From Stegostoma tigrinum (taxonomy: Eukaryota), in contig NC_081354.1 in the NCBI RefSeq assembly GCF_030684315.1, forward strand, positions 148,262,730 to 148,326,729: a DNA stretch of 64,000 nucleotides, in the 5' to 3' direction. The notes beneath the pieces are model-generated. The model searched no databases. It had not been told where the DNA came from and saw nothing but the letters and a program-made list of their open reading frames with translations. A program made the position numbers and the translations under genes. Below, piece by piece: positions 52,316-63,814 of the stretch; position 1 is the first letter of the stretch; every line of letters starts with the position of its first letter.

Positions 52316-53649
52316 CTGCATTGTAGCAGCTAGCTTCATCCTTTGACTTTTGAAAGCCTTGCACTTCATCTCCTGTACAGCATATATGTCTTTTTGCCTT
52401 TTTCGTTTGATTTTTTTTTTGCGAAATTTTCATGATGTGTGCGAGGCAACCTTCAAAAAAAGGTTTTCTTCAGGAATAATCCAGTTCTGTGCTACCAATC
52501 AACTATTTGTTGCTTTATTTCTAAGTGGTAACTTGGGCAAAGTTTAATTAATGCAGGTAAATAAAATTTATCGCAAATAGTAAACGTTTTGAATCACTGA
52601 GTCCACAACCTGTGAATAGCCAATTTTGAACTATTGACAACATCTTTAGAAGAGATTTTATAACTTTATTGTTGAAATGAGGTGACAAAAATTCAGAAAA
52701 AAAAGTCATTCAAGATATTTCAAAAGTGGCTATATCTAACTTAGTTTTTTAGATTTTTGTAAAAGGTGCTCAAACAAGTGGAATTAGTAGAAACACCCAA
52801 TCATGATTACTTGACACTGGGGCAGATTTTTTTTTGGGCAGCACCTGGTTCTAATGCGGTCTCTCTTAAACTAACACAAACAAGTTCAAACTCTTGATGC
52901 ACTGAATGATGTTTGTGATTACAAATCCGCAATCTTATGTGTTGGTTACACTGTGTCAGGCAAATTGCACTGAAGTTAACAAATGGAAACTCGAGGCCAT
53001 GTTGCATTTTATTTCTTTTAGATCAATGTAAAGATTAACACACCAAAGACCAATCTATAAATAGCTTTATAAACAAAACAAGATTGTTTTCTTCCGTGTG
53101 TTTCTTAATTTGCCCTGTGATGTTGCCTAATGCCAGTCGCCTCAAACAACGCTGAGTATTGTTCTGTTCCAAGTGATCTTAGATATCTGCAAATTGCTAA
53201 CTACTTCAGGATTGCAGTGAAAGTCAAGCCAACAGTTTTAAAACAGCTGTAGGCTGAATTAAGTAGTTCAGCAAGTTACCTGAGTTGAAAGATCCTAATT
53301 TCTTAAAGTCTGGCCATTGTAACACTGTAAAAAATTTTTACATGTGTAACCGTATTTACTGAATGAAGTCTTACAACTTTGCGATGGGCAGCATTCAAAC
53401 TTTGAACTTGAGGTGTACTAATCCAGTACCATAAGTTGTACTTCTATACATACCACTCTAGTTGAGGCAGTGTTCCTTATCTTTCATGTGAGTTTTTTTT
53501 ATGTTGAGAATCCATTTTATAATGTCGAAAATCTGTTTGCCTTTTACCATGATAGTGGAATATTATATAATGGAGACACCAATTAATCCAGCAAGGGAAT
53601 TAGAATAAACATCTTGGCCTAAGGACTGGTTGGTGTTGGAGGAGGTGGA

Positions 53650-54328
53650 CGCTTGCAGTGCCAATCAAGTGGGTTGCTTTGTCCTAGATGGTATCAAACT
53701 GCTTGAGTGTTGTTGGAGCTGCGCCCATCCAGGCAAGTGGGGAGTATTCCAACACATTCCTGACTTATGTTTTGGAGATGGTGGACAACTTCTATGGCGT
53801 CAGAAGGTGAGTTAATTGCTGCAGGGTTCCTGGCCTCTGATATGCTCTATATGGCTAGTCCAGTACAGTTTCACGTCAATGGTAACCCCCTGGATGTTAA
53901 TATAGGAGATTCAATAATGGCGGTGCCAATGAAGGCTATGGAGCATTAGTTAGATTCTCCCTAGTTGGAGATAGTCATTGCATGACATTTGTATAGAGCA
54001 AATGTTATTTTTCACTTGTCAGCCTAACACTGAATATTGCCTATATCTTGTTGCATTGGACATGGAATGCTTCAGTATCTAAGGAATCAGTGAATGTTCT
54101 CACTTCTGACCTTCTGATGGGTGGATGAAGTAACTGAAGCTGGTTGGGCCTTAGGCTTGAGAAACTCCTGCAGTGATATCTTAGGTCTGAGATGATTGAC
54201 CTCAAATAATAACAACTATCTTCCTATGTGCTAGAGAGATTCCTCCTGATTTCCAATGATGTCAGTTCCATGATGCCACAGTACTAAGTTCCGACATTCT
54301 CATCTGACATCTGTAATTCAGCTCTTCC
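53650..54328 (-). mobile_element. L2/Crack-like LINE ORF2 fragment
   Basis: Homologous to 22980-23500 (ggggagtattcc..cacattcctgactt; tgccaatcaagtgggttgctttgtcc). Confidence 0.7.
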
Positions 54329-54428
54329 CCATTGCTGGATGGATGCCAGTAGTGTAGGCTATTCCGAAACAAGGTTGACAAGAGAAACAAACTTGGCTAG
54401 TTCTGAAACGCACATCTTCATTGGTATT

Positions 54429-55143
54429 AGATAACAAAGTGTGAAGCTGGATGAACACAGCAGGCCAAGCAGCATCTCGGGAGCACAAAAGCTGACGTTT
54501 CAGGCCTAGACCCTTCATCAGAGAGGGGAATGGGGTGAGGGTTCTGAAAATGCAGTGGGGGGAGGGGACAAGCTGGGCTGGTTTTGGGATGCAGTGGGGG
54601 GAAGTGGACGAACTGGGCTGGTTTTGGGATGCAGTGGGGGAAGGGGAGATTTTGAAGCTTGTGAAGTCCACATTGATACCATTGGGCTGCAGGGTTCCCA
54701 AGCAGAATATGAGTTGCTGTTCCTGCAACCTTCGGGTGGCATCATTGTGGCACTGCAGGAGGCCCAGGATGGACTCCCCACCCCCACCGCATCCCAAAAC
54801 CAGCCCAGCTAATCCCCGCCTGCCTAACCTGTTCTTCCTCTCACCTATCCCTTCCTCCCACCCCAAGCCGCACCTCCATTTCCTACCTACTAACCTCATC
54901 CCGCCTCCTTGACCTGTCCATCCTCCCTGGACTGACCTATCCCCTCCCCACCTCTACTCTCCTTTCCACCTATCGTCTTTTCTCTCCATCTTTGGTCCGC
55001 CTCTCCCTCTCTCCCTATTTATTCCAGAACCCTCTCCCCATCCCCCTCTCCTGATGTAGGGTCTAGGCCCGAAACATCAGCTTTTATGCTCCTGAGATGC
55101 TGCTTGGCCTGCTGTGTTCATCCAGCTTCAGAATTTGTTATCT
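54429..55143. mobile_element. PLE family A inverted (two-armed) copy with a hammerhead motif in each arm
   Basis: Minus arm 54429-~54773 (hammerhead 54494-54521, internal deletion near 54550) joined to plus arm ~54774-55143 (mutated hammerhead 55051-55078); both arms end at the short terminus ttgttatct. Confidence 0.88.
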
Positions 55144-55399
55144 AATACCAATGAAGATGTGCGTTTCAGAATTAGCATTTCTTAATGTACTTATCGTCAA
55201 AGGTATTTTCTTTGAAAATTTTTTCCATGATGTACAGATGATATAGGACAGTCCAACTAAGTGGAATGTTCCGCAGCAACCTCGTTATGCAGTGACTCTC
55301 GGCATTAGTGTACCTAGGGTCTATGCACAGCCTGACCCAGGCACACACAAAAGTGACCATCAGGATGAGGGCAGAATTGAGTAGGTCCTGGGTATAATC

Positions 55400-56460
55400 T
55401 GTGGTCCGAGACACTACCACAAGGGGAAACAACCTTTCCACATCTGCTCTGTCAATAATGTAAGAATCTTATACATTTCAATAAGGTTGGATCTCATTTT
55501 TCTATATTTCAATAGGTGTAGGCTGAAACCAGTCATTTTAAAACAGTCCCTCCATGCCTGCTATCTGCCTGGTGGACCTCTTCAGGTCTTCCTCCAATGC
55601 TAATATATCATTCTTTCAACAAAAGTGGCTCAGAATTATTCACAGTATTCCAGCTCTGGACATGACTAGTCTTGTATAGGTTTAGCAAAACCATCCTGTT
55701 TTTATACTCACTCAGAGATAGTAAAAACTGCTGATGGTGGAGTCAGAGATAACAGTGTGGAGCTGGAGGAGCACAGCAGGCCAGGCAGCATCAGAGCAGC
55801 GGGAAAGTTGACATTTCAGGTTGGGGCCCTTCTTCAGGCACCATCAGCATTTCTGAAGAAGGGTCCCAACCCAAAATGTCAACTTTCCTGCTGCTCCGAT
55901 GCTGCCTGGCCTGTTGTGCTCCTCCAGCTCCACACTGTTTTATCTATTTTTATACTCCATTCCCTTTAAAATATAGGCCAACAATCCATATGCCCTCCCT
56001 ATTAACCTCAAAATATGAATGCTAGCATTTTGTCATTCATGGACTAGATTTTCCAAATTCCTCTGTTCTGTAGATTTCTGCGGGCTTTCCATATTTTAAT
56101 AATGCGCAGCTCCTCTATTCTCCCTGCCAAAATGCATAACCTCACATTTCCCCACATTATGTTCCATCTACCAAGGTTCCTTGCAATCACCTAACCTGTC
56201 CATATCCACCTGCAGATCCTTTGTGTCATCCTGCACACTTGATTTCCAACCTATTTTTGTGTCATTCACGAACATGACTATAATATCTTCAGTTTCCTGA
56301 GCCAAGCCATTAATACATATTGAAAATAATTGTGGTTCCAGCACGGATCCCTGTGGCACACCATTAGTTACAAGTTGCTATCCTGAAAATGACCCCTCTA
56401 TTCGAAATCTATCATCTTTTAGTTAGCTAATGCTCACTCCATGTTTATATACTACCTACA
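55400..56460 (-). mobile_element. Old CR1 ORF2 fragment
   Basis: Minus ORF PQGSVLEPQLFSICINGL...FVNDTKIG...DLQVDMDRL. Confidence 0.8.
55710..55946. mobile_element. Fold-back PLE family B mini-element with 11-bp TSD, inserted in CR1
   Basis: ~90-bp inverted arms around a 15-nt loop; hammerhead-like motifs at 55810-55837 (-) and 55853-55880 (+); TTTTTATACTC at 55699-55709 and 55947-55957. Confidence 0.8.
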
Positions 56461-57115
56461 ACATCTTGTTAGCCTGGAATAATTAATCTGAGCCAAAGTT
56501 ATCTCTTGTATAAGATGAGCCTGTCCAGCTTGACCTCTGTCCCAGCTGCAGAAGACTGCAGGGAGGTGAGCAGCTGGGTGAAAGAACAAAACAAAGGGAA
56601 GGAGGAAAATCGAGAAGTAATTAAATAAAACTGCCTAAATAGATTTGGGCATTTTTTTCCTCTGATTTCTGGAACTAATTAACCCCATACTCCCTTTTAA
56701 AGAGATGCAGGTGATAATGGCGCTACATTCTCTCAGCTGTGCCAAAAAAGCAAATAGGCGCCAGTTCCTCACATCAATAAACTTTCTGACAACATTGTTC
56801 CTCAGATCAATGAACTATCCTCAAAATGCGGTTCGTCAGTCTCTGCAGCATGCTGAAAATGTGCTGCACAACATCAGGTGGATAATTAAGGACTTTTTTC
56901 TGCTTGAAGCTTGGCTTTTGGCACCCATCCACCCCCAGTATTCAACCCTATCAAGTTTTAACTATGAGTTAAGAACTGATGTTGGTGAAAAGCTGACCTG
57001 CTTATAATCTCTTGTCTGCTTCTAAAATTCTCCAGATGTTGGGGCTCTGGCCCATGTCCACTGTACTCGGCGAAGCTTCCGGAAACATTTGGTGCTCATG
57101 TGAGCCCACTTGCTT

Positions 57116-57143
57116 TGTGTGTGTGTCGGTGTGTGTGTGTGTG
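57116..57143. repeat. Interrupted (GT)n microsatellite
   Basis: tgtgtgtgtgtcggtgtgtgtgtgtgtg. Confidence 0.85.
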
Positions 57144-59879
57144 AGATTTCCTTGATTTCTCTGCACGCATACTCCACTTTCATAGGTAATGTGAGTTGGT
57201 TTGCTTTTGCTTAAATATTTACAACAAAACAGAACCTATTATTGTTGTATTTGAGCTCTAGTCTGCTAGCACTGAAACTTGCGAGTTTAATAATTTAATT
57301 GACGTCTCTAGATCCACAAAAGTCCTTTACAGAATTCCAGAAGGGGCATCAGTCTGCCAACTGGGAGAAGTGCATGACAAGTACTCGAACAAGGTGAACC
57401 AGTTTGTTGCCTGACAATGCAGTAGATTTCATTTTTGGTCTTGAAATCCAATGACAATCAGAAATTCTGGGAGTGCAGTCAGGAATCTGGTATGATATCC
57501 CAGTGCCGTCTCCAAACAAAATGGCCCCCAAATAAAAACAAAAAGGCACTGTGTTTGTGATAAAGAAATCTGATAGAACTGATAATCTTGTCTCTTGAGA
57601 ACCGAAGAACCATTTCTGGGCCACACCATAAAAGCAATCTCTGAAGCTCTCCATCAATATTTCTCCCCTCCTCAAAGGATTGGCAAGAAGTTAGAGGCCT
57701 CACTCAGATCTGCCATTATGTTGTCAGTTGGAAAAGCAGGCATGAGGGCTGAATGGCCTCGACCTGTGCTTTGTGTGTATGTTCTGGAATTGTTGTAAGT
57801 GCACTAAATAATTTCTGTGGTTGACTACAACACAAGCAGCAGCTTGGTTTTGAGTGGCTATGTTTAGAATAAAAGTGACCACCACAAATTGGGTTTTTAA
57901 AGTATTTTTCTTTTAGTTTTGATATTTTTATGAATACTGAAACATCAATTATTCAGGATTTTTTAATGTTTTCAATAAATTTTCATTAGTGGTGAAGAGC
58001 CCATCCTTATTTACTTCTTTTGGATTTTGATAGCAAAGGTGACACCTCTTAAAGCTAAAAGTGCCTTATGTTCTAATTTTCATTTTCAAAATTACTGCAG
58101 TAACTGATAGCTTTGACACCAGGCACATATAAGGCAATATGATAGAATACTGAAACAAGCCGGTTAGAAAATGTTGGCAACTGGGCAATTAAGAGTCTGG
58201 CTCTGGTTTTGCTGAGCTCATTAAGTTGAACAATTCCCTCAGGGAGTTTGGTTAATAGCCTGCTCAGAAATATTGGAGTAATGTATTTTGTAAATTTTAG
58301 CTGGCTATGTAAAAATCTATTTTGTATACAATAAACTAAGTTTTGTTTAGTATTATTTGGTTCATACTGTAAATTAATAGTTGTCTTTAGATAAGTAAAG
58401 TTATCACCTGATATTAGTTGAGGAAGGAATAAATCCTCATCTTACATTGCTTCCCTTCATGTTCATCCTTCTTAGCTGATCTTTTGACTATATCTGCTGA
58501 TTGCACTGCACAAGATGCCACTTCATATTATTTATTTAAGTAATGAAGATGGTGACGCAGGGTAATGCAACAAATCCTACTCCAGAGTAATAGATTATTG
58601 ACAGCTGCAGAAACACCATTTAAGAAAATGCCTTGAGGAAAAGGCATCCTAATGCCATTAGCAAGACTGATGGAGTGCAGATAGTGACAAAGTTTAGAGA
58701 TAATTATTTTACAAAGCTGCTGATAAATATAGTCAAGGAACAGACAGCACAGGCTCATAACTTTGTCCAGTTATTTTATAGTATACTCATATTTTAATAA
58801 ATAAATAAATTCAACAAAAATTACAATTAGATGATATCAAAGATAGCCTGCTAACTATTTTATGCTACTTCATTTTATACTATTTCACAAAATTAAATTC
58901 ATTTCAGTTGAATTTGAAGTTTAAAGTACACTCTTCATTGGGGTACTTTTTGGAAGTGAAAGAACAGACACAATTACCTAATTAGTTGTTTTAAGAGCCT
59001 TCATTAAAATACATAGAACAGACTACGTCTAAAGCAAATCCAGTAAAAAAATTTCTCTTAAAGAATAGAAATTGGAAGAACTTCTACTCTTGCTGCAAAG
59101 TCAGACACACTGTAGTGTTCCATGCAATTTTGGATATCCAATTATAGATTACATTTCTGAAAAAAAGATGCAGAGACGATTAGCTGTGATGGCTCCAGGA
59201 ATGATAAATTCAAGTTGTGAGTAATCGTTATGAAAGATGTGTTTTTGTCTCAAAAGTAAATAATTTAGTTGTAGAAATTTAAGTAATTTTACAAAGTTGA
59301 TCCTGGAAAATGAGCAGAAATTCCCAGATTTGCACTGATTCCACACTCATAGCTTTGTTAAAGGTACAATGGTTGTAAGGAAGGTTTCTGCCATAATAAT
59401 ATTCATCTGTTGTCAAAATGTAACACAAAGAAGGTATATCATTCAGTTTACTTGAAAATCTTTTTGTTTATTTTAGAACTTCATTTAAAGTTGAACTAAT
59501 TTATACAGGAGAGTACTATCCAGATACAGACTATGCCAGAGTGTAGAGAACCTGTCGTCATGTGATAACATCTGGATAATTAGCTCATTTAGTACATTGA
59601 GCACTTAGAGGACCATCACTCCAAAGATGATGGCCCATATTACCTTTTTTTTATTAGAGGTAGTTCTCCAGTGCTGGACATAAACATTGGGTAATAACAA
59701 AATTGGTTACACTGTGATATGATCTGAAAAGAAAGTACAGAGGTATCCATATGTCCTTTTAGCAGTTTGACAACTCTCCCAGATCTTGCTGTGATGTAAC
59801 CTTGTGTAAGTGAGGACTTCACCCTTGACATGTCTGCAGGCTAGTGATACGTTGGCTGTTTTCTTGTTGTTTCCTAAAA

Positions 59880-60525
59880 TCATGTGGAAAATGTGAGGTA
59901 ATGCACTTTGGCAGGAAGAATAGAGGAGCTGAGTATTATTGAAATGAAGAAAGACTGCATGAAACTACAGAAAAAAGATCCCCCCAAATTGCTGTATGCT
60001 ACAGCTTTTTTTTGTCCTCATCCTCCATTTTAATAGCAAAATGTATATTAGCAACATGTCTAATAACATGCTTGCCTTCATCAGTTGGGGCATTGAATAT
60101 AAAAATTAGCAAGCCATGTTGAAACTGTATAAGTTTTGGTCAGGCCACATTGAAAGTTCAATGTGTATATCTGGCTGCCACACTATTGGAAGGATGTGGA
60201 GTCTTTGGAGAGGGTGCAGAAGTGGTTTAGCAGGATGTTGTCTGGATTGGAATGCTACAGGGAGAATTGAGGAAAACTTATTCTGAAGAAGGATCACTGG
60301 ACCCAAAACAATGCTGGCAGATATGCTGAGATTTTCTAGCAGTTTCTGATTTTGTTGGACAAGCTTGGAATATTTTTGATGGAATGACAGAGACTGATGG
60401 GTGACCTTACAGAAATATGAAAATAAGAGAGATGTGGGTAGGGTGGATAGTCAGAGTCATTTTGCCAGGGTGGAAATATCAAATACCGGGGAGTGGGTTT
60501 AAGGTGAGAGGGGAAAGTTTAAAGG
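59880..60525 (+). mobile_element. Old CR1 ORF2 3' fragments with a small PLE stub (~60281-60355)
   Basis: tgtgaggtaatgcactttggcagg (CEVMHFG), aaggatgtggagtctttggagagggtgcag (KDV.SLERVQ). Confidence 0.7.
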
Positions 60526-60923
60526 AGTCAATACAGTGTGGAGCTGGAGGAGTACGGCAGGTCAAGCAACATGACAAGAGCAAGAAAGTTAATGTTTCAT
60601 CAGGACTGGGCAAATTAAGGATGAGGTCATGGATAGGGTTTGGGCCAAGGGTAGTGCAGGAGGTCTGTGTTTGGAGGTAAGCACAAGCAAGTTTGATGTA
60701 CTTACAATCCTTGATGTCTGATAGGGTGGAAGAAAACGAATGGGTTGAGGTTGTTGATCCTACGTAGAATGAAAAACGGGAGAGATCCCTTGGAGGTTTG
60801 GGAGAGAGAGAGGCTTTGAACTGGGGTTTTTTTGTCTGTAATGGGAGAAGATGCCAGCACATGGCTGCAAGTGTGGAGCTGAAGATCTGCAGAGGAAACC
60901 ATTTCTGGAAGCTCTGGATATTG

Positions 60924-61196
60924 GTCGTATTGGTGGGGAGGGAGGGTGAGGCGGGCCGGGGGTGGAGAGAGAAGAAGATAGGTGGCCTCTCCACCTGTCT
61001 TCTTTTCTCTCCATCTTTGGTCCACTTCCCCCTCTCTCCCTATTTATTCCAGAGCTCTCGCCCCATCCCCCTCTCTGATGAAGGGTCTAGGCCCGAAACG
61101 TCAGCTTTTGTGCTCCTGAGATGCTGCTTGGCCTGCTGTGTTCATCCAGCCTCACATTTTATTATCTTGAATTCTCCAGCATCTGCAGTTCCCATT
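60924..61196 (+). mobile_element. PLE family A short copy with 5' micro-inversion and 14-bp TSD
   Basis: AGCTCTGGATATTG at 60910-60923 and 61197-61210; ~60945-60985 is an inverted copy of ~60991-61035. Confidence 0.85.
61075..61102 (+). ncRNA. Minimal hammerhead ribozyme motif (family A, intact core)
   Basis: CTGATGAAGGGTCTAGGCCCGAAACGTC. Confidence 0.75.
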
Positions 61197-61486
61197 AGCT
61201 CTGGATATTGTGTAGGTCGCGATTGTCACAGTTTAGTCCAAATTGGGATGGTCTGAACATTATTCAGACTTCATGGGGTATGATTCAGCTACATAGGCAA
61301 GTACTGAGAAAGGAGAGTAACGGGTTTGTTTCAGCATATGATCGAAGAGCTTCAGGGCAGAGGAGATCCGCTTATGGGTTGCGTTGGGAGTGACATCCAC
61401 TGAGATGTTTTCAGAGGGATGAGGACAGCTTCTTCAAGGTGGGCATTTTTGGAAGACGCTTCACAGTAGGGTTTCCAGCAACTAGG

Positions 61487-61702
61487 AGATAGCACTGCAG
61501 ATACTAGAGTCAGAGTTGGTACAGCGTAGAGCTGGAGGAACACAGCAGGTCAGGCACCAACAGAGGAACAGGATCGGGGCTGGTGAAAGGTGTAAACCCA
61601 TGACATCGACGTTCCTCCTCTCCGATGCTTCCTGACTGGCTGTGTTCCTCCAGCTGTACATTGTATTAATTCTGACTCTAGCATCTGCAATTGTTGCTAT
61701 CT
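61487..61702. mobile_element. Fold-back PLE family B mini-element
   Basis: agatagca.tgcagatactagagtcaga...gctggaggaacacagc versus gctgtgttcctccagc...tctgactctagcatctgca...tgctatct. Confidence 0.75.
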
Positions 61703-61709
61703 GCTAGAA

Positions 61710-61955
61710 GGAGATATGTGAGGAAAACGTTTTACACAGATGATCATTGTTGCTCGGAGCACATTGCTAGGGGAGGTGGTAGAAGCAGATACGAGAGCAA
61801 AGTTTAAGAGGCATTTAGACAGACACACAAACAGGCAGGGTATAGAGGGAAGTGGACCATGTGCAGTCAGATGGGATTAATTTATAATAGCATTGGGGTG
61901 TACACAGATATGATGGACTGAAGCTGTGTTCCTGTACTTACCCTTCTATGTTCCA
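61710..61955 (+). mobile_element. CR1 3' end
   Basis: ttttacacaga...gtttaagaggcatttagac...ttctatgttc tail. Confidence 0.7.
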
Positions 61956-62828
61956 TATGAAGTTTGAAGTCACTGATGATTGATGTGTTGTCTTTTTACA
62001 TTCCGTCATTATCTCCTGACTTATTTTCTGTCTTACTATTAAGGGGCTGAAAAACTACTATCACATTGTCTTCTTCCCCTTATTATTTCTCATGTCTAGC
62101 TGTATGGATTTTACATTTCCCAATTCAAGAATATTTCTTGTCTAATGTATTTCATCCATCTCATACAAATTAAGTTACCCAACGACCCTTTTCTTCTTGC
62201 CTGTCCTTTCAAAAAGTTGTTTATCCCTAAATACTTAGCTCCCAGCTTTTATTACCTTATAGCCACATCTCCATAATGGCTATAAGATCATAGTCACTCA
62301 TCTCACTTTGTGCCATTAATTTGTTTATTTTGTTCCAAAGTGCATGTGCATTTCAGTAAAGAGACAACAAATTTTGCCTTCTTTACCATTTTCCACCTGT
62401 GATTCTAATGCTTTCTGCACTCTGTCCCTCCCTGTTGCATTAAGAATATCATTTACTTATTACCTTCCGTACAATGCTGCCATATCCTTTAGTTTTACCC
62501 ATTACAACTATATACTAGGCAATGCACATCCGATCTAAGTACGTTTTCTGTAATTTTGCACAGATGCTGCTGAAATCCTCTTGATAGGTAAATAAAATGT
62601 CTTAGGACACAATATCTTCCAAATTCTGCTGGTAGGGATGTCCTGAAATTGCTTGGCTAGATGATACAGACCAATATTCATGCTTAGCATTCAGCTTGAA
62701 GAAAACTGCACTGACCACACAGCTTGTTTACTTTCTTTATTCTGGCTACATTGTCATACAGTTTTCTGCAGCTATCGCTTGCAGGTCCTGTTGTCCAGCT
62801 ACAACAGCCTTATATTTTCTGCTACAAT

Positions 62829-63030
62829 AAAACAAAGAACTGTGGATGCTGGGGATTTGAAACAAAAACAGAAATTGCTGGCAAAACTAAGCAGGTCTGA
62901 CAGCATCTATGGAGCGAAAATAGAGTTTTCAAGTTCTGAAGAAGAGCCACCAGATTCAAAATGGTAACTGCTTTCTCTCCACGGATGCTACCAGACCTGG
63001 TAGTTCTGCCAGAAATTTCAGTTTTTGTTT
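62829..63030. mobile_element. Fold-back PLE-terminus mini-element (family of the 48219 element)
   Basis: aaacaaaaacagaaattgctggcaaaac..caggtctgacagcatc versus gatgctaccagacctg..gttctgccagaaatttcagtttttgttt; central ctgaagaagag...ttcaaaat is a decayed hammerhead. A similar remnant lies at ~41171-41330. Confidence 0.7.
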
Positions 63031-63149
63031 TATATTTTCTGCCATTTGTTAACATTGATTCAATGCTGTGCTTTTGATTTTCCTCGACGTTCATTTGGAA
63101 TCCTACATTTTAAAGCAAATCAACTTCATTATTTGCTCTGAAAGTTCAG

Positions 63150-63505
63150 CCTGTAAAATGTTGCAAGTTGTTGCTCTTGTTACAGTATCTATTGACAAAC
63201 TGACATATTGATTTCTGTGGCTTTTGCCTGTAGGACATCAGTTCTGAGTGATGGAAACTAAAGGTGATTCTTATATGCAGCTGATCTTCTATAGTTAACC
63301 ATGTATTTGAAGAATCTTTCTGGTGCTTTTCAGATGAACCCAAGCTATTGACTCTGTGTGACGGCCCATGATCAAATGCTCCGATTATTTTCACATGCTG
63401 TCCAAGCAGTTCTGTAACTGCTTGATCTGAGCAGCACAGCTGCATGTTATTACTTAAAAGTTTTTAACGGAGGTCCGCAAATTTCCAATTCATATCAGAG
63501 ATTTG
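63150..63505 (-). mobile_element. Probable Ty3/Gypsy-like gag N-terminal remnant
   Basis: MNWKFADL...MQLCCSDQAVT...WLTIEDQLHIRITFSFHHSELMSYRQKPQKSICQFVNR; the 'RQ.P.ESI.QFV.R'-like block resembles the retrotransposon gag major-homology region. Confidence 0.5.
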
Positions 63506-63814
63506 GTTTGTTTCTGAAGTATAAAATTGTAGGAAGAATCATTCTGGGGGCATTTCACACATTCTAAAGGAAATTATCTCTGTGAAAATCATTGAGTGAT
63601 TTAATAGAGCCACCAGCCAAAACCAAGGAGCAGAGTACTAGCTCCCACTTCACCCGTAAATGGAAATGGTTTAGATTGGGAAAATAGAATAAAAATGGAG
63701 AAAGAGGAACAAAATTAATTTAGTAATCAGGAAGTTGGACAGGACCATAGCTTTTGCAAAAGCTATGTCCCAAAAGATACGTAGTGGATGGGATTGGAGT
63801 TGGTGATGCATTAC

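Larger units (their letters stand above)
60620..61480 (-). mobile_element. Probable PLE ORF N-terminal fragment, interrupted by a family A copy
   Basis: Minus strand SALKLFDHMLKQTRY ... NIQSFQKWFPLQIFSSTLAAM ... FFILRRINNLN...LSDIKDCKYIKL is continuous across the insertion. It resembles, from memory, the basic N-terminal region of vertebrate PLE ORFs. Confidence 0.5.

Noticed and set aside
59516-59580. Possible pre-miRNA hairpin (tatccagat...atctggata)
   Set aside because: Only ~9 bp of clean pairing; the interior pairs poorly and no known mature miRNA was recognised.
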